A stretch of DNA of 64,000 nt from an uncultured Gammaproteobacteria bacterium (GCA_964651815.1 CAZYWG010000002.1:28522-92521); one strand, 5' to 3'; counted from the stretch's first letter, positions 1 through 10,626 are shown. Notes: a model not told the origin generated them from the sequence alone. A program made the numbers and translations.

Positions 1-2
1 CT

Positions 3-593
3 GATAGGCTTGATTATACAAAAGGGTTAAAGCACAGATTAACCGCTCTTGACCGCTTTTTTGATAAGAATCCACAATTCAGAAATAAAGTTATATACCT
101 TGGTATTATTGCGCCGTCGCGCGAAGCCGTTCCTTCTTATCAAAAAGTCAGGATGGATGTTGAAGAAATGGCGGTAGATATAAATCTGAAATACGGAAAC
201 AAACAATGGAAACCTATTCATCTGATTTACGACACGTTTAAACGGGCTGAAATCATTAACTTTTATCATAGAGCCGACGCGTGCGTTGTAACTCCCCTTG
301 ACGACGGGATGAATCTTGTTTCAAAAGAATTTGTCGTTGCGTCCTCAATGGCAGCAGACCCTGGCATGCTGGTTCTTTCACAATTTACGGGCAGTGCTAT
401 TGACTTAACTCCAGCTTTAATAGTTAATCCATATGACATTGAACAGGTTGCCGATTCAATTAAAAAGGCAATCCTTATGCCCAAAACCGAGAGAGTAAAA
501 AGAATTAAGCAAATGGCCGCCTCGCTTGACGAAAACAATTTATATACATGGGGAATAGAATTTATCCGTCAAGCAATTCAATCAAAACAATAA
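3..593 (+). CDS. otsA: Trehalose-6-phosphate synthase (GT20), 5'-truncated by window edge
   Basis: Frame is open from position 3 and reads DRLDYTKG; downstream DGMNLVSKEF and LVLSQFTG...VNPYD are OtsA motifs. Confidence 0.9.
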   Translation, partial: DRLDYTKGLKHRLTALDRFFDKNPQFRNKVIYLGIIAPSREAVPSYQKVRMDVEEMAVDINLKYGNKQWKPIHLIYDTFKRAEIINFYHRADACVVTPLDDGMNLVSKEFVVASSMAADPGMLVLSQFTGSAIDLTPALIVNPYDIEQVADSIKKAILMPKTERVKRIKQMAASLDENNLYTWGIEFIRQAIQSKQ

Positions 594-651
594 TCTCAAC
601 TCAAATTCCTTCGTTTTGCAAATCCTAGAGTATGTGATATCATACACTTTT

Positions 652-1398
652 ATGGCTACCTACAAATCCCATATGTTGAGCGCTTTCAGAATTATTTTGA
701 GGAATTTTAGAGCAGAGAGTCTTAGGGTAATTTCGCACATATTTTTAATAACATTATTTTTCTGTTTTATATTTGCAACAATACTTACGCTTCGGCTTAG
801 CTCTATTTTAAATGGGCATGTTGAAAAAATTCTTGCCATGGAAAAAAAGAATTCAGTCACACCGGAATTCATTAAAAACCCACTTCCCTCTCCTACGCCA
901 CCCGCAACTCCGGCACCAAAGCTATATTTAAAACCTAAACCGGCAGGTGAAAATCCTACGTGGGGAGTTGCAAAACAAGTAGATACGGTTACTTGGACAA
1001 TGCAACTTGCACAAGACTCCAATATGGCAACTGCTCAAACAATTTTTCTAGCTTTAAATAATTATCGATCTAAGAAAGGGTCAAATGCTCTATCCTGGAA
1101 TGATAAATTGGCAGAAATTGCCCAAAATCGAGCTGCTACGTTTGTAAAATTGGGTAAACTTGATGATCATGCAGGATTTAACTCATATTTTACGGGTCAA
1201 GGACACATGAAAGATATAGGATTAACGGGGGTAGGTGAAAATTCCAGTTTTGGTTATCACCTTGAAGGTGTTCACCTTATTGAGTGGGTTTTTGCAGGAG
1301 ACGCGCCGCACAACAACAATCAGCTCAATCCCGAATGGACAAACGTCGGAATCGGTGTTGACGGATCTGCCGTAGACATTGTGTTTTCAAAAAAGTAA
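652..1398 (+). CDS. Membrane-anchored CAP/SCP-domain protein
   Basis: N-terminal TM, Pro-rich linker, LNNYR...L.W...LA..A, GEN, H..N.L...W..VGIG. ATG 652 chosen because it follows a TGaTATCAT -10-like box. Confidence 0.75.
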   Translation: MATYKSHMLSAFRIILRNFRAESLRVISHIFLITLFFCFIFATILTLRLSSILNGHVEKILAMEKKNSVTPEFIKNPLPSPTPPATPAPKLYLKPKPAGENPTWGVAKQVDTVTWTMQLAQDSNMATAQTIFLALNNYRSKKGSNALSWNDKLAEIAQNRAATFVKLGKLDDHAGFNSYFTGQGHMKDIGLTGVGENSSFGYHLEGVHLIEWVFAGDAPHNNNQLNPEWTNVGIGVDGSAVDIVFSKK

Positions 1399-1407
1399 AA
1401 TTTAAAC

Positions 1408-1436
1408 TTGACAACAGATAGAGCTTTTGGTATTCT
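1408..1436 (+). promoter_or_regulatory. Sigma70-type promoter of guaBA (probably leaderless)
   Basis: TTGACA-17 bp-TATTCT with TG extension; ATG lies 5 nt after the -10 box. Confidence 0.7.
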
Positions 1437-1441
1437 TAACT

Positions 1442-2587
1442 ATGGAGCCCTCAAATATTATTGTAGGCACAGCCCTCACCTTCAACGATGTTTTACTCGT
1501 TCCCGGTTACACTGATTTTTCAAGATCTGATATTGACCTCACTACAAATTTAACAGGCAACATAAAACTAAAAATCCCATTTATATCATCCCCAATGGAT
1601 ACGGTGACTGAAGCTGGTCTTGCAATAGCACTCGCAGAAATTGGAGGAATTGGAATAATTCACAGGAATTTAACCGTTTCAGAACAAGCAGGCAATGTCA
1701 AAAAAGTGAAAGACAAAAATTTGCTTGTCGGGGCAGCAATAGGGCCAAGTTCTGGCTTTGAAGAAAGGGCAAAAGCGCTTATCACTGCCGGAGTAGATGT
1801 AATCGTTGTTGATTCCGCCCATGGATTTACAAATTCAACAATTGAAACCATAAAATTTCTCAAGAAAAATTATTCAGGGATTCAAATTATTGCCGGAAGT
1901 ATTGCAACTTATGACGGCGCTATGGGATTAATTCAGGCGGGTGCTGATGCGCTCAGAGTAGGAATGGGGCCGGGAGCAATTTGTACAACCAGAGTAATTT
2001 CAGGAATGGGGGTCCCCCAAATTACGGCACTAATTGAAACTTCTCGTGCAGCAAAAAAAAGCGGAATACCAATAATTGCAGACGGCGGAATTACACATTC
2101 GGGTGACATTACAAAAGCGTTGGGGGCAGGCGCATCAAGTATTATGATGGGGTCATTTTTTGCCTCAGCGTCAGAATCTCCTGGTAAAAAAACTACACTG
2201 ACTACAGAACAAGTGCCTCATCGTTTTAAAAGCATTTTTAATCACTCGGGAAAATACGTTTTTAAAGAATATCGTGGCATGGGATCTGAAGCTGCCATGC
2301 AAAAAGGGGCAAAAATTAAATCGGAAAGTGAGTTTCATGGAAAAAGTTATAAGGATAGAACTCTGATTGCAGAAGGCGTTGAAGGGCTAGTGCCGGTAAA
2401 AGGGACGGTTGCAGAACTTGTTGAAATGGCTGTTGGGGGAATCAAATCAGGTTTTTATTATTGCGGAGCAAAATCAATTTCCGAACTACATAAATCTGCT
2501 CGCTTTATACAGATAACACAGGCGTCGCTTACCGAATCCCATCCTCATGATATCTTAGTAACAAACGCAGGAAAAAGTTATACATGA
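1442..2587 (+). CDS. guaB: IMP dehydrogenase lacking CBS domains
   Basis: LTFNDVLLVP, SSPMDTVTE, GPGAICTTR (catalytic Cys), IIADGG, YRGMGS, EGVEG; adjacent to guaA. Confidence 0.95.
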   Translation: MEPSNIIVGTALTFNDVLLVPGYTDFSRSDIDLTTNLTGNIKLKIPFISSPMDTVTEAGLAIALAEIGGIGIIHRNLTVSEQAGNVKKVKDKNLLVGAAIGPSSGFEERAKALITAGVDVIVVDSAHGFTNSTIETIKFLKKNYSGIQIIAGSIATYDGAMGLIQAGADALRVGMGPGAICTTRVISGMGVPQITALIETSRAAKKSGIPIIADGGITHSGDITKALGAGASSIMMGSFFASASESPGKKTTLTTEQVPHRFKSIFNHSGKYVFKEYRGMGSEAAMQKGAKIKSESEFHGKSYKDRTLIAEGVEGLVPVKGTVAELVEMAVGGIKSGFYYCGAKSISELHKSARFIQITQASLTESHPHDILVTNAGKSYT

Positions 2588-4110
2588 TTTTAATAGTCGA
2601 TTTTGGTTCTCAAACGACACACTTAATAAAAAGAAGGCTTACTGACCTTGGTATTGTCTCGGAAATCATTCACCCCGAAAACGCTTTAGCAGAAATTAAA
2701 AAAGTCGCACCGTCCGGAATTATTCTCTCGGGAGGCCCCGCGTCGGTATATGAAAAAGACGCGCCGTCTTTAGACAAAAGCATCTTTCAACTCAACATAC
2801 CCATCCTTGGAATATGTTATGGCATGCAACTTACATCTCATTTACTTGGGGGTAATGTTGTGTCCGGAAGAAAAGAATACGGCCCGGCAAAAATGTCAAT
2901 TGTCAGTGGTCAATCGTCAATTGTCAATGGATTATCTAATCAATCTACTGTCTGGATGTCACACGGAGATGAAGTCAAATCTGTTCCCAAAGATTTTGAA
3001 ACTATCGCATCAACAGAAACTGTACCTTTTGCATTTGTCGCAAATTTCAAAACTAAAAATTTTGGTGTCCAATTCCACCCGGAGGTAGAACACACGGAAG
3101 AAGGAATTAAAATTCTCACTAATTTTTTAAGAATTTGTGAGATCGTGGGAGAAAAGAAAAAAATCAACGTTACAGATCTGGTTGATAACATAAAACAAAT
3201 AGCTCGGGACAATTACGTTATCGGTGCAATCTCTGGCGGTGTTGATTCAACTGTCGCCGGGACTTTAGTTGCCAGAGCGATAGGGGATAAATTCATCCCT
3301 GTTTATGTTGAAAATGGATTGATGCGTCCTAGAACGGCTGATCATGTCAAGAAAATTTTCAAAAAATTTGGGATACAGCCCATTATTGTTAACTGTGAAG
3401 ACGAGATGCTTATGATTTTGAAAGGGGTAACTGACCCTGAAAAAAAAAGAAAAATCATAGGTAACTTTTATATTGAGATATTCGATAGAGAAGTTGAAAA
3501 ATTAAAAAAATCTAGCAAAGATATAAAATTTTTACTTCAAGGAACAATTTATTCGGACGTCATTGAGTCACAGGGGACAAAAAATGCTGACAAAATTAAA
3601 AGTCATCACAATGTTGGTGGACTACCTGCCGACATGAAACTAAAGCTTCTTGAACCGCTAAGATTTTTTTATAAAGACGAGGTCCGGGCAATTGGAAAAG
3701 AATTGGGGTTGTCTGACGAATTTGTGTGGAAGCAGGTTTTCCCAGGACCCGGCTATGCTGTGAGAATACGTGGAGAAGTGACTGCTGAAAGGCTTGAGAA
3801 AATTAAAATGGCAGATGAAATAATTTTGGAAGAACTTGAGAATTCAAAGCTTTTGAATAAGGTATTTATGTCTTTTCCTATTATGACCGGTGCTTCATCT
3901 GTTGCTGTTAAGGGCGACGGGCGGTTTTTTGGGGAAGTAATTGCATTAAGGATTGTGGAATCAAAAGACGTCATGACAGCCGTCTGGGCCAATATTCCTT
4001 ATGACGTTTTGCAAAGAATTTCAAGCCGGATTGTCAACGAAGTCCCTCAAATTTCCCGAGTTGTTTATGACATCTCCACCAAACCTCCGGCAACTATGGA
4101 GTGGGAGTAA
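2584..4110 (+). CDS. guaA: GMP synthase (glutamine-hydrolysing)
   Basis: DFGSQ, GICYGMQ, QFHPEV, SGGVDS, IKSHHNVGG, KPPATMEWE. Confidence 0.97.
   Translation: MILIVDFGSQTTHLIKRRLTDLGIVSEIIHPENALAEIKKVAPSGIILSGGPASVYEKDAPSLDKSIFQLNIPILGICYGMQLTSHLLGGNVVSGRKEYGPAKMSIVSGQSSIVNGLSNQSTVWMSHGDEVKSVPKDFETIASTETVPFAFVANFKTKNFGVQFHPEVEHTEEGIKILTNFLRICEIVGEKKKINVTDLVDNIKQIARDNYVIGAISGGVDSTVAGTLVARAIGDKFIPVYVENGLMRPRTADHVKKIFKKFGIQPIIVNCEDEMLMILKGVTDPEKKRKIIGNFYIEIFDREVEKLKKSSKDIKFLLQGTIYSDVIESQGTKNADKIKSHHNVGGLPADMKLKLLEPLRFFYKDEVRAIGKELGLSDEFVWKQVFPGPGYAVRIRGEVTAERLEKIKMADEIILEELENSKLLNKVFMSFPIMTGASSVAVKGDGRFFGEVIALRIVESKDVMTAVWANIPYDVLQRISSRIVNEVPQISRVVYDISTKPPATMEWE
2894..2928 (+). repeat. Five tandem 7-mers (NGTCART) inside guaA
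   Basis: tgtcaat tgtcagt ggtcaat cgtcaat tgtcaat. Confidence 0.85.
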
Positions 4111-4111
4111 C

Positions 4112-4756
4112 TCAAACAAGCTTCCTAACTCTTTCCAACAAATCCAGAAAATTGTTAAACTCAAAATCAGGATTTGTTTTTCTATAAACATCGAGATTTA
4201 TAAAAGACATATTTGTATGTGGGATAAACAATGCCGTCATTGTTCCGGCATTTTTACCTGTAAGGATATCCCAGTTGGTATCACCCACCAATAGAGTTTC
4301 ATTCGGTGTTACGCCGAGATCATCCATTGCAATATTTGCAATCTCTGGATCTGGTTTACTTTTTTTAACATTGTCCCCTCCCCACACAGACTCAAAAAAA
4401 TTATTAAGTTTTAGTTTTTTTAACTGATTAATAATTCTATAACTCTCCGAAAACGATATGATTGCCATTTTTATCGACAATTTTTTAAACTCCGCGAGCG
4501 TCAGGTCAATATCTTGATGTTTTTCAAGGTTCTCATATGCTTCGTCGAGATATTTCTCGTAGAGCTTAAAACGCTCGGCATTAAGTTGATATTTTTCATC
4601 TTTTTCACTTTCAACTTGGTAAAATATTTTTTCAACTACTTCCTTATCCGTAAGGTCTGATCCGGTTTCAAAAAAACTTCTTTTCCAAGCATGCAAATGA
4701 TGTTTCAATGAATCCACAATTGTGCCATCAAAATCAAATAAAACTGCTTTTAACAT
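4112..4756 (-). CDS. HAD-superfamily hydrolase (IA)
   Basis: FDFDGT, KPDP and VGD motifs. Confidence 0.88.
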   Translation of the reverse strand: MLKAVLFDFDGTIVDSLKHHLHAWKRSFFETGSDLTDKEVVEKIFYQVESEKDEKYQLNAERFKLYEKYLDEAYENLEKHQDIDLTLAEFKKLSIKMAIISFSESYRIINQLKKLKLNNFFESVWGGDNVKKSKPDPEIANIAMDDLGVTPNETLLVGDTNWDILTGKNAGTMTALFIPHTNMSFINLDVYRKTNPDFEFNNFLDLLERVRKLV

Positions 4757-4773
4757 AGTGATATAATTATATC

Positions 4774-5097
4774 ATGGCAACTATTGAGGATTTTCAAAAG
4801 CTCGAATTTAAAACAGGCAAAATATTGTCTGCAGAAAGCGTTGAGGGATCTGAAAAATTAGTTCGACTTCAAGTTGATGTTGGAGAAGAAACATCACGAA
4901 ATATTTTTGCCGGAATAATAAAGTTTTATACGCCCGAGGACCTTGTAGGAAAAACTGTCATAGTTGTTGCAAATTTGGAACCGCGCAAAATGATGGGCTC
5001 GGAATCTCAGGGGATGCTTCTTGCAGCAGACGGTGGAGAAAAACCAATACTCTTAACTACTACAGAGCCTGTAGAACCGGGAGCAAAAATTAGGTAG
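4774..5097 (+). CDS. Stand-alone tRNA-binding OB domain (MetRS C-terminal/Trbp111/CsaA-like)
   Basis: IEDFQKLE..G.I, VVANLEPRKMMG.ESQGMLLAA. Confidence 0.88.
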   Translation: MATIEDFQKLEFKTGKILSAESVEGSEKLVRLQVDVGEETSRNIFAGIIKFYTPEDLVGKTVIVVANLEPRKMMGSESQGMLLAADGGEKPILLTTTEPVEPGAKIR

Positions 5098-5467
5098 ACA
5101 ACCCCAAAAGTTTTAGAACATACGGAAGAAAAATATAAATCCCAACAATTGCCGCGCCAATTGAAACAACCAAGACCATTCCTGCCGCAACATCTTTTGC
5201 TATTTTTGCCTCTTGTTTATGTTCTGATGTTATCAAATCAGTCATCTCTTCAAGTGCGGTATTAATCATTTCTGCAGACAATACCAAAATAATCATGACT
5301 ATCAAATCTACAAATTCATCTTTCTGAATACGGAAGAAAAAACCCGCCGCTAAAACCAGAGCAGCAACTACCAAGTGAATTTGCATGTTTCGGTTTTCTC
5401 GAATTGCATGATTTATTCCCGAAAAAGCAAACCCGAAAGAATAAACAATTTTGACCTTTTTTTCCAT
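5090..5467 (-). CDS. dgkA: Diacylglycerol/undecaprenol kinase (DgkA family)
   Basis: SF.FAFSGI, EMINTALE, AKIAKDVAAG. Confidence 0.88.
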   Translation of the reverse strand: MEKKVKIVYSFGFAFSGINHAIRENRNMQIHLVVAALVLAAGFFFRIQKDEFVDLIVMIILVLSAEMINTALEEMTDLITSEHKQEAKIAKDVAAGMVLVVSIGAAIVGIYIFLPYVLKLLGLST

Positions 5468-5468
5468 A

Positions 5469-6050
5469 CTACAAATATAGCACAATACCGTAAGCGATTA
5501 AAACGACAGCAATTCCAAAGATTGTCCCTACAACTACTTCGCGAGGCGTATGCCTTTTTAGAATTAGCCTTGACCAAGCGACCACGGGCGTGAATAGAAG
5601 TATAACCCAAAATAAACCTCCATATAAAATTCCCATAGCCGTTGCGAAACCAACAAATATTGCAAGATGCATGCTTGCTTTAACTTTAGTATTTATTATT
5701 TCGGCAAGAATTATTCCAAAAAACAACGTCGCAAGCCCCACAAAAATAATTTTTGGACCATTGAAAAAGATAACAATTAAAAGGTAAATGAAACAAACGG
5801 CTCCGGTAAATAAAAAAAGTTTAGGTCTCTGGCGGCGGTCTGAAACATCTAGGTTTGTAAAAAATCCTTTCCTTACACCGTAGTAAACAAACGCCCCAAC
5901 AATTGAAACAAAAACCAAAGAAACTATAGACCAGGTAAGTGCAGTAGATTCGCTACCAGTAGTTTTAAGAATAATTATGTAGCAAAATGGAATAGCAATA
6001 ACTAGAGGACTTGCAATAGCAGAAATAAGTTGGGCAATAAATAAAATCAT
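5469..6050 (-). CDS. PAP2-like integral membrane protein
   Basis: Multiple TMs; KASMH and WSRLILKRHT..EV..G. Confidence 0.6.
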   Translation of the reverse strand: MILFIAQLISAIASPLVIAIPFCYIIILKTTGSESTALTWSIVSLVFVSIVGAFVYYGVRKGFFTNLDVSDRRQRPKLFLFTGAVCFIYLLIVIFFNGPKIIFVGLATLFFGIILAEIINTKVKASMHLAIFVGFATAMGILYGGLFWVILLFTPVVAWSRLILKRHTPREVVVGTIFGIAVVLIAYGIVLYL

Positions 6051-7270
6051 TTAATTCTTGAGAGGCTTTCCTCTCGCCCCAATGCTTCTAAAAAGTCTGG
6101 GAGTGGTAATCCATGCTCGCGGCCTGTAAAAATTTTATAAAGAACCGGCATTTTTATTTTATTATTTTCCATGATTTTTTTAAACGCCTCGAAAATCTTA
6201 TCTTTTAACCATTCAGTGTCGCTTATTTTACTTAGCTCTGATAATAATTCTTTCTGTACCGGCTCGTTTGAATTCTCTTTTGAGCTTTTTTCAACAAAAT
6301 TTTTAAAATCCATAAGCGTCGTCATTCTTGTTTTAGCAAGTTTTATGATTGCATCGTTTTGAACATATTTTCCGATTTCATTCTCATTTTTATAAAAGTC
6401 TAAAAGTTTTATTTTTAATTCCTCGTCCGAAATTTTCTCACGCATATACAGTCCGTTCATCCATTCCAATTTTTTAGGATCAAATATTGGACTTGCAGTA
6501 TTCACATGTTCTAGATCGAAGAGTTCAACCATTTCAGGAATGGACATTAATTCCCTATCTCCACCAGGACTCCATCCAAGAAGTGCCATATAATTAAGAA
6601 GCGCTTCAGGTAAATATCCTTTGTCTCGATAATCTAGAGCAGACTCTGCCCCATGCCTCTTAGACAATTTAGAATGGTCGGATCCCAATATAACAGGCAG
6701 ATGACAAAATACAGGGTGCTGCCAACCAAAAGCCTTATATAAAAGGATGTGTTTTGGGGTTGATGATATCCATTCGTCCCCGCGAATTACATGGCTTATT
6801 TCCATCAAATGGTCGTCAATAACATTTGCGAGATGATAAGTTGGAAAACCATCAGACTTTAGAATTACAAAATCTTCAAGGTCATCAGATTTAAAAGAAA
6901 TTTCTTTCTCTCCGACGGCATCTTTCCACTCAACAATCTTTCCTTTTGGAATTTTAAATCTTACCGCACCTTCATCTTGATATGCCAATTCTTTTAAAAG
7001 CAGTTCTTCTGTATGTTTTCTATAAATATCAAGTCTCTCCGACTGTTTATATTTTTCATCATATGTAATTCCGAGCCATTTAAGGATTTCAAAAATTGCC
7101 TCTTCAGATCCCGTTACAAGCCTCGCTTGGTCAGTGTCCTCAATTCTTAAAATAAAGTCACCATTATTATGTCTTGAAAACAAATAATTAAAAAACGCGG
7201 TTCTAGTATTTCCTATGTGTGGAATCCCTGTGGGACTTGGTGGAAAACGAACTCTAACTTTTTTATTCAT
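6047..7270 (-). CDS. gltX: Glutamate--tRNA ligase (short form)
   Basis: RVRFPPSPTG.PHIGN, LRIEDTD, HVIRG.EW, KLSKR. Start set at MNKK after a TGaTAAAAT box. Confidence 0.95.
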   Translation of the reverse strand: MNKKVRVRFPPSPTGIPHIGNTRTAFFNYLFSRHNNGDFILRIEDTDQARLVTGSEEAIFEILKWLGITYDEKYKQSERLDIYRKHTEELLLKELAYQDEGAVRFKIPKGKIVEWKDAVGEKEISFKSDDLEDFVILKSDGFPTYHLANVIDDHLMEISHVIRGDEWISSTPKHILLYKAFGWQHPVFCHLPVILGSDHSKLSKRHGAESALDYRDKGYLPEALLNYMALLGWSPGGDRELMSIPEMVELFDLEHVNTASPIFDPKKLEWMNGLYMREKISDEELKIKLLDFYKNENEIGKYVQNDAIIKLAKTRMTTLMDFKNFVEKSSKENSNEPVQKELLSELSKISDTEWLKDKIFEAFKKIMENNKIKMPVLYKIFTGREHGLPLPDFLEALGREESLSRIK

Positions 7271-7340
7271 ACGCTTGATTTTATCATACAAACTTTCCTA
7301 TACTCAATGTGAGGCATCTTTTGATTTTCAAATTCATACT

Positions 7341-8369
7341 ATGGCTAAACTTGCAGATATTACATCGGAAACGAGAATTGTTCTTAAAATATTGGCAGGT
7401 TCACTTATTACCGTAATTGCTCTCTTCTTAATCCTAAAGGGTGGAATAATATTTAAAACTATATTTTTCCCTGCACCAACTCCTCCTCCACAAGAGCAAT
7501 TTGGGAAATTACCATTCCCTGCATTTCCTAAACAAGATCATGTGAGTTTCGACTATCAAATTAACACCATAGACGGAAAACTACCAGATTTCCCACCATA
7601 CAGAATGAACATTTATAAAATCTTTGAAAATCAGCCTAGTCTTGTTGCTCTCCAAAATGCCAGGTCTACCATGCAAAATGCAGGTTTCTTCCAGGATGAG
7701 ACAAAATTAAATGATTCAATATATCAGTGGTCTGATTCAAATGGAAACACAATTCAATATGATATATTTACCAATAACTTTAAAGTTTCTTCTAATTTAA
7801 GTGCTTCAGGCAATGGTATTTCATTGACAAAAGAATCTGCATTACAAGGGGCAAACAATTTTTTGGGCAACGTTTCAGAAGATACATCTGACATAAATCA
7901 GGATAAATCGACACTGTTATATCTTAAACTTGATAATGGAAATCTAGTTCAGGCAGAGGGGCAAACCGACGCACAGTTTGCCAAAATAAACTTGTTTCAA
8001 AACGACTTAAACAAATATCCAATTTACTACCCAGAAGGGGCTGAATCTTCAATGTATTTCATTTTCCGAGATGACTCGGGGTTCCCTAAGTTAGTCAACG
8101 CAGGCTATTTTCATTTTCTTCCTGACTTAAAAACCTTCTCAGATTATCCAATAAAATCGGCCGAGCAAGCATTTGAGGATCTAAAAAAAGGAAATGCATA
8201 CGTTGTAACTGGCGTTAAACAGGGGAGTACTATTGATATTCTAAATGTAACCCTTGGATATTATATTGGGGAAGGGAAGCAGGATTATTTTCTTCCGGTT
8301 ATTGTTTTCTCAGGAAACGGATTTACGGCTTACGTTCCGGCAATTCCCAATGAATTAATACAACAGTAA
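7341..8369 (+). CDS. Hypothetical membrane-anchored protein
   Basis: Long ORF with N-terminal TM and extracellular-like body; ATG 7341 avoids overlap with gltX. Confidence 0.7.
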   Translation: MAKLADITSETRIVLKILAGSLITVIALFLILKGGIIFKTIFFPAPTPPPQEQFGKLPFPAFPKQDHVSFDYQINTIDGKLPDFPPYRMNIYKIFENQPSLVALQNARSTMQNAGFFQDETKLNDSIYQWSDSNGNTIQYDIFTNNFKVSSNLSASGNGISLTKESALQGANNFLGNVSEDTSDINQDKSTLLYLKLDNGNLVQAEGQTDAQFAKINLFQNDLNKYPIYYPEGAESSMYFIFRDDSGFPKLVNAGYFHFLPDLKTFSDYPIKSAEQAFEDLKKGNAYVVTGVKQGSTIDILNVTLGYYIGEGKQDYFLPVIVFSGNGFTAYVPAIPNELIQQ

Positions 8370-9257
8370 TTTAATTTTGCGGACAGCTCCATCAATAATC
8401 TTTTCAGTATCACCAAATCTGTCTTGACCGTTTAAAACATCTACTATATAAGTCCTATCACCTTGGTTTATAGAAGTAACAAGTACATCTCCTGCCTCAT
8501 CAGTATGTCCGGTTTTTATACCGGTAACGCCATTTTGGCCAAGGAGAATATTGAGATTGTTTAAAACATGAGGAGTTTTACCCGTTAAATCATAAACAGT
8601 TTTATTTTTTGTGGCGACAATTTTTGCAAAAGTATTGTTTTGGATTGCATACGCTCCAAGTCTTGCCAAATCATATGCGGTTGTAAAATTTTGGTCATCA
8701 TATCCGTCAGGATCAAAAAAACGCGTATTTGATAATTTCAGCGTTTCAGCTTTTTCATTCATTTTAGCAACAAACGCGTCAACTCCCCCCGGATAATTTT
8801 CTGCCAAAACATACGCGGCGTCGTTACCAGACGGTAGCATCATTCCATAAATTAGATTAATAACAGTCATTTGTTCCCCCTCCGTAAGTCCCATTTTTGA
8901 ACTATCAGCACTAATTGTTGCTATGTTTCGTGCAGTTAATACCTGGTCTGGTCTGTAAGAATTAAGCGCAATTAATGCAGCCATAATTTTTGCTGTGGAC
9001 GCCGGAGCAAACCTTAAATTTTGGTTTTTACCCGAGATTACTGAACGCGCTGCCGTGTCATAAATTATATAGGCTTTTGAATCAAGACTAATAAGTCCCA
9101 CATTTTTAAGATATGGGATGACACTTTCAGAATTGCTACTTATTGTTACGATTGAATTACGGTCAACAAGTGATTTGAAGTAAATCACGCCGGCAATAAG
9201 ACTTAAATTAACAAAAATTAAAATCAAGAGTGTACTTTTTTTAAGAAGGGGCCTCAT
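8355..9257 (-). CDS. D-alanyl-D-alanine carboxypeptidase (S11)
   Basis: SxxK (ASTAK), SxN (SGN) and KTG motifs; N-terminal TM. Confidence 0.92.
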   Translation of the reverse strand: MRPLLKKSTLLILIFVNLSLIAGVIYFKSLVDRNSIVTISSNSESVIPYLKNVGLISLDSKAYIIYDTAARSVISGKNQNLRFAPASTAKIMAALIALNSYRPDQVLTARNIATISADSSKMGLTEGEQMTVINLIYGMMLPSGNDAAYVLAENYPGGVDAFVAKMNEKAETLKLSNTRFFDPDGYDDQNFTTAYDLARLGAYAIQNNTFAKIVATKNKTVYDLTGKTPHVLNNLNILLGQNGVTGIKTGHTDEAGDVLVTSINQGDRTYIVDVLNGQDRFGDTEKIIDGAVRKIKLLLY

Positions 9258-9262
9258 AAAAT

Positions 9263-10603
9263 CTAGTCGAGTTCCGCAGAAAAACGAACATCAATTCTCT
9301 CCATGTCGCGCGGAAAAAGACTTGCTTGTCTGACATTTAACAATTCAAGCATTTTCATAGTCATTCGCTCGAGCCCAAAAGAAAATCCACCATGAGGAGG
9401 CATTCCGTAACGGAATGCTTGAAGGTACATTTCAAAATCACTTTCATTCATCCCCCGCTCTTTAATAAGAGCCACCAATTTTTCATAATTATCTACCCGT
9501 TGACTCCCGGAAAGAATTTCTATTCCGCGGAATAACAGGTCGTAACTCAAAGAAAATTCGGGATCTTCGGCATCAGGATGAGTATAAAACGCGCGTTTTT
9601 TAGTTGGATAATGAGTAATAGTTACAAAATCAGATTCGTGGTTTTCAAGCGCCCATGCGCATATTTCTTTTTCGTCATCAGGTCCCAAATCTTTTTCTTG
9701 CCTTACATCGCGTTTAGTACGCTCATAAATTATTTGCTGCGCCTCACGCATTTTAAGTCTTGGGATTTTGGCGGGAATTTTTGGCTTTTCAATGTTAAAT
9801 TGTTTAAGAATGGACTCACATTCTTTACTTGCATGTTTTAGAGTTTCCGATCCAACAAATTCTAATGAATCCAAAAGCTCTTCAAAATTCATAAATCCCA
9901 ACTCGCAATCCATTTGTGTTGATTCTGAAAGGTGACGCGTTGTTACTGATGGCTCTGCGCGATACGCATGGGATATAAGGAAAACTCTCTCAAATGTTGG
10001 CACCATCATTTGTTTGTAAAGCTGGGGACTTTGAATTAGAAATGCTTTTTTGTCATAATAATCAACTCTGAAAACTTCAGCGCCCCCTTCTGTTGAGGAA
10101 TAAGAGATTGTTGGCGTAAAAATTTCCGTGCATTCAAGTTTCTTTGCAGCTAATCTAAATCCTTCAACTATTGCCTCCTGCATTTTGAAAATTGGGCGGA
10201 CAGACTGGTGTCTTAAAGTTAATGTTCTAAAATCAAGAAGTGTAGGAAGTTCTAAATCCAAGTTTTTTCCACCCATGTCAAATGGCATTGCCTCAGCTTT
10301 TGCAATCAATTCAACGTTTTCTAAGCGAACCTCAACCTTTCCGGTCTCAAGATCCGGATTTATATATTTTTCAGACCTGGCAACAACCTCTCCTGTAACT
10401 TTTACAACATCTTGAACTGAAAGGGTGGCAACCTCTGCAGCAAGCGCGTCAAAAGCTGCAATTTGTATAATTCCGGATCTGTCCCTTAGATCAAAGAAAG
10501 AAATTTTTCCGTGTGTTCTCACGCGCTCTACCCAACCGGAAAGATTCACTTTTTTTCCCACCAGATCATTACAAGATATAATTGTGCTTCGCGACATATG
10601 CAT
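9263..10603 (-). CDS. aspS: Aspartate--tRNA ligase, archaeal/eukaryote-like short type, probably non-discriminating
   Basis: OB fold (GWV..R.HG...F.DLRD), QSPQLYKQ, RAE..T.RHL, GMPPHGG..G.ER; no GAD insert. Confidence 0.9.
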   Translation of the reverse strand: MHMSRSTIISCNDLVGKKVNLSGWVERVRTHGKISFFDLRDRSGIIQIAAFDALAAEVATLSVQDVVKVTGEVVARSEKYINPDLETGKVEVRLENVELIAKAEAMPFDMGGKNLDLELPTLLDFRTLTLRHQSVRPIFKMQEAIVEGFRLAAKKLECTEIFTPTISYSSTEGGAEVFRVDYYDKKAFLIQSPQLYKQMMVPTFERVFLISHAYRAEPSVTTRHLSESTQMDCELGFMNFEELLDSLEFVGSETLKHASKECESILKQFNIEKPKIPAKIPRLKMREAQQIIYERTKRDVRQEKDLGPDDEKEICAWALENHESDFVTITHYPTKKRAFYTHPDAEDPEFSLSYDLLFRGIEILSGSQRVDNYEKLVALIKERGMNESDFEMYLQAFRYGMPPHGGFSFGLERMTMKMLELLNVRQASLFPRDMERIDVRFSAELD

Positions 10604-10626
10604 ATTTTATAGCGAATTGAACTCAT

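Noticed and set aside
1442-2587. CBS-less GuaB and short GltX as pseudogenes or novelty
   Set aside because: Catalytic motifs are intact; these compact forms are known in reduced genomes.
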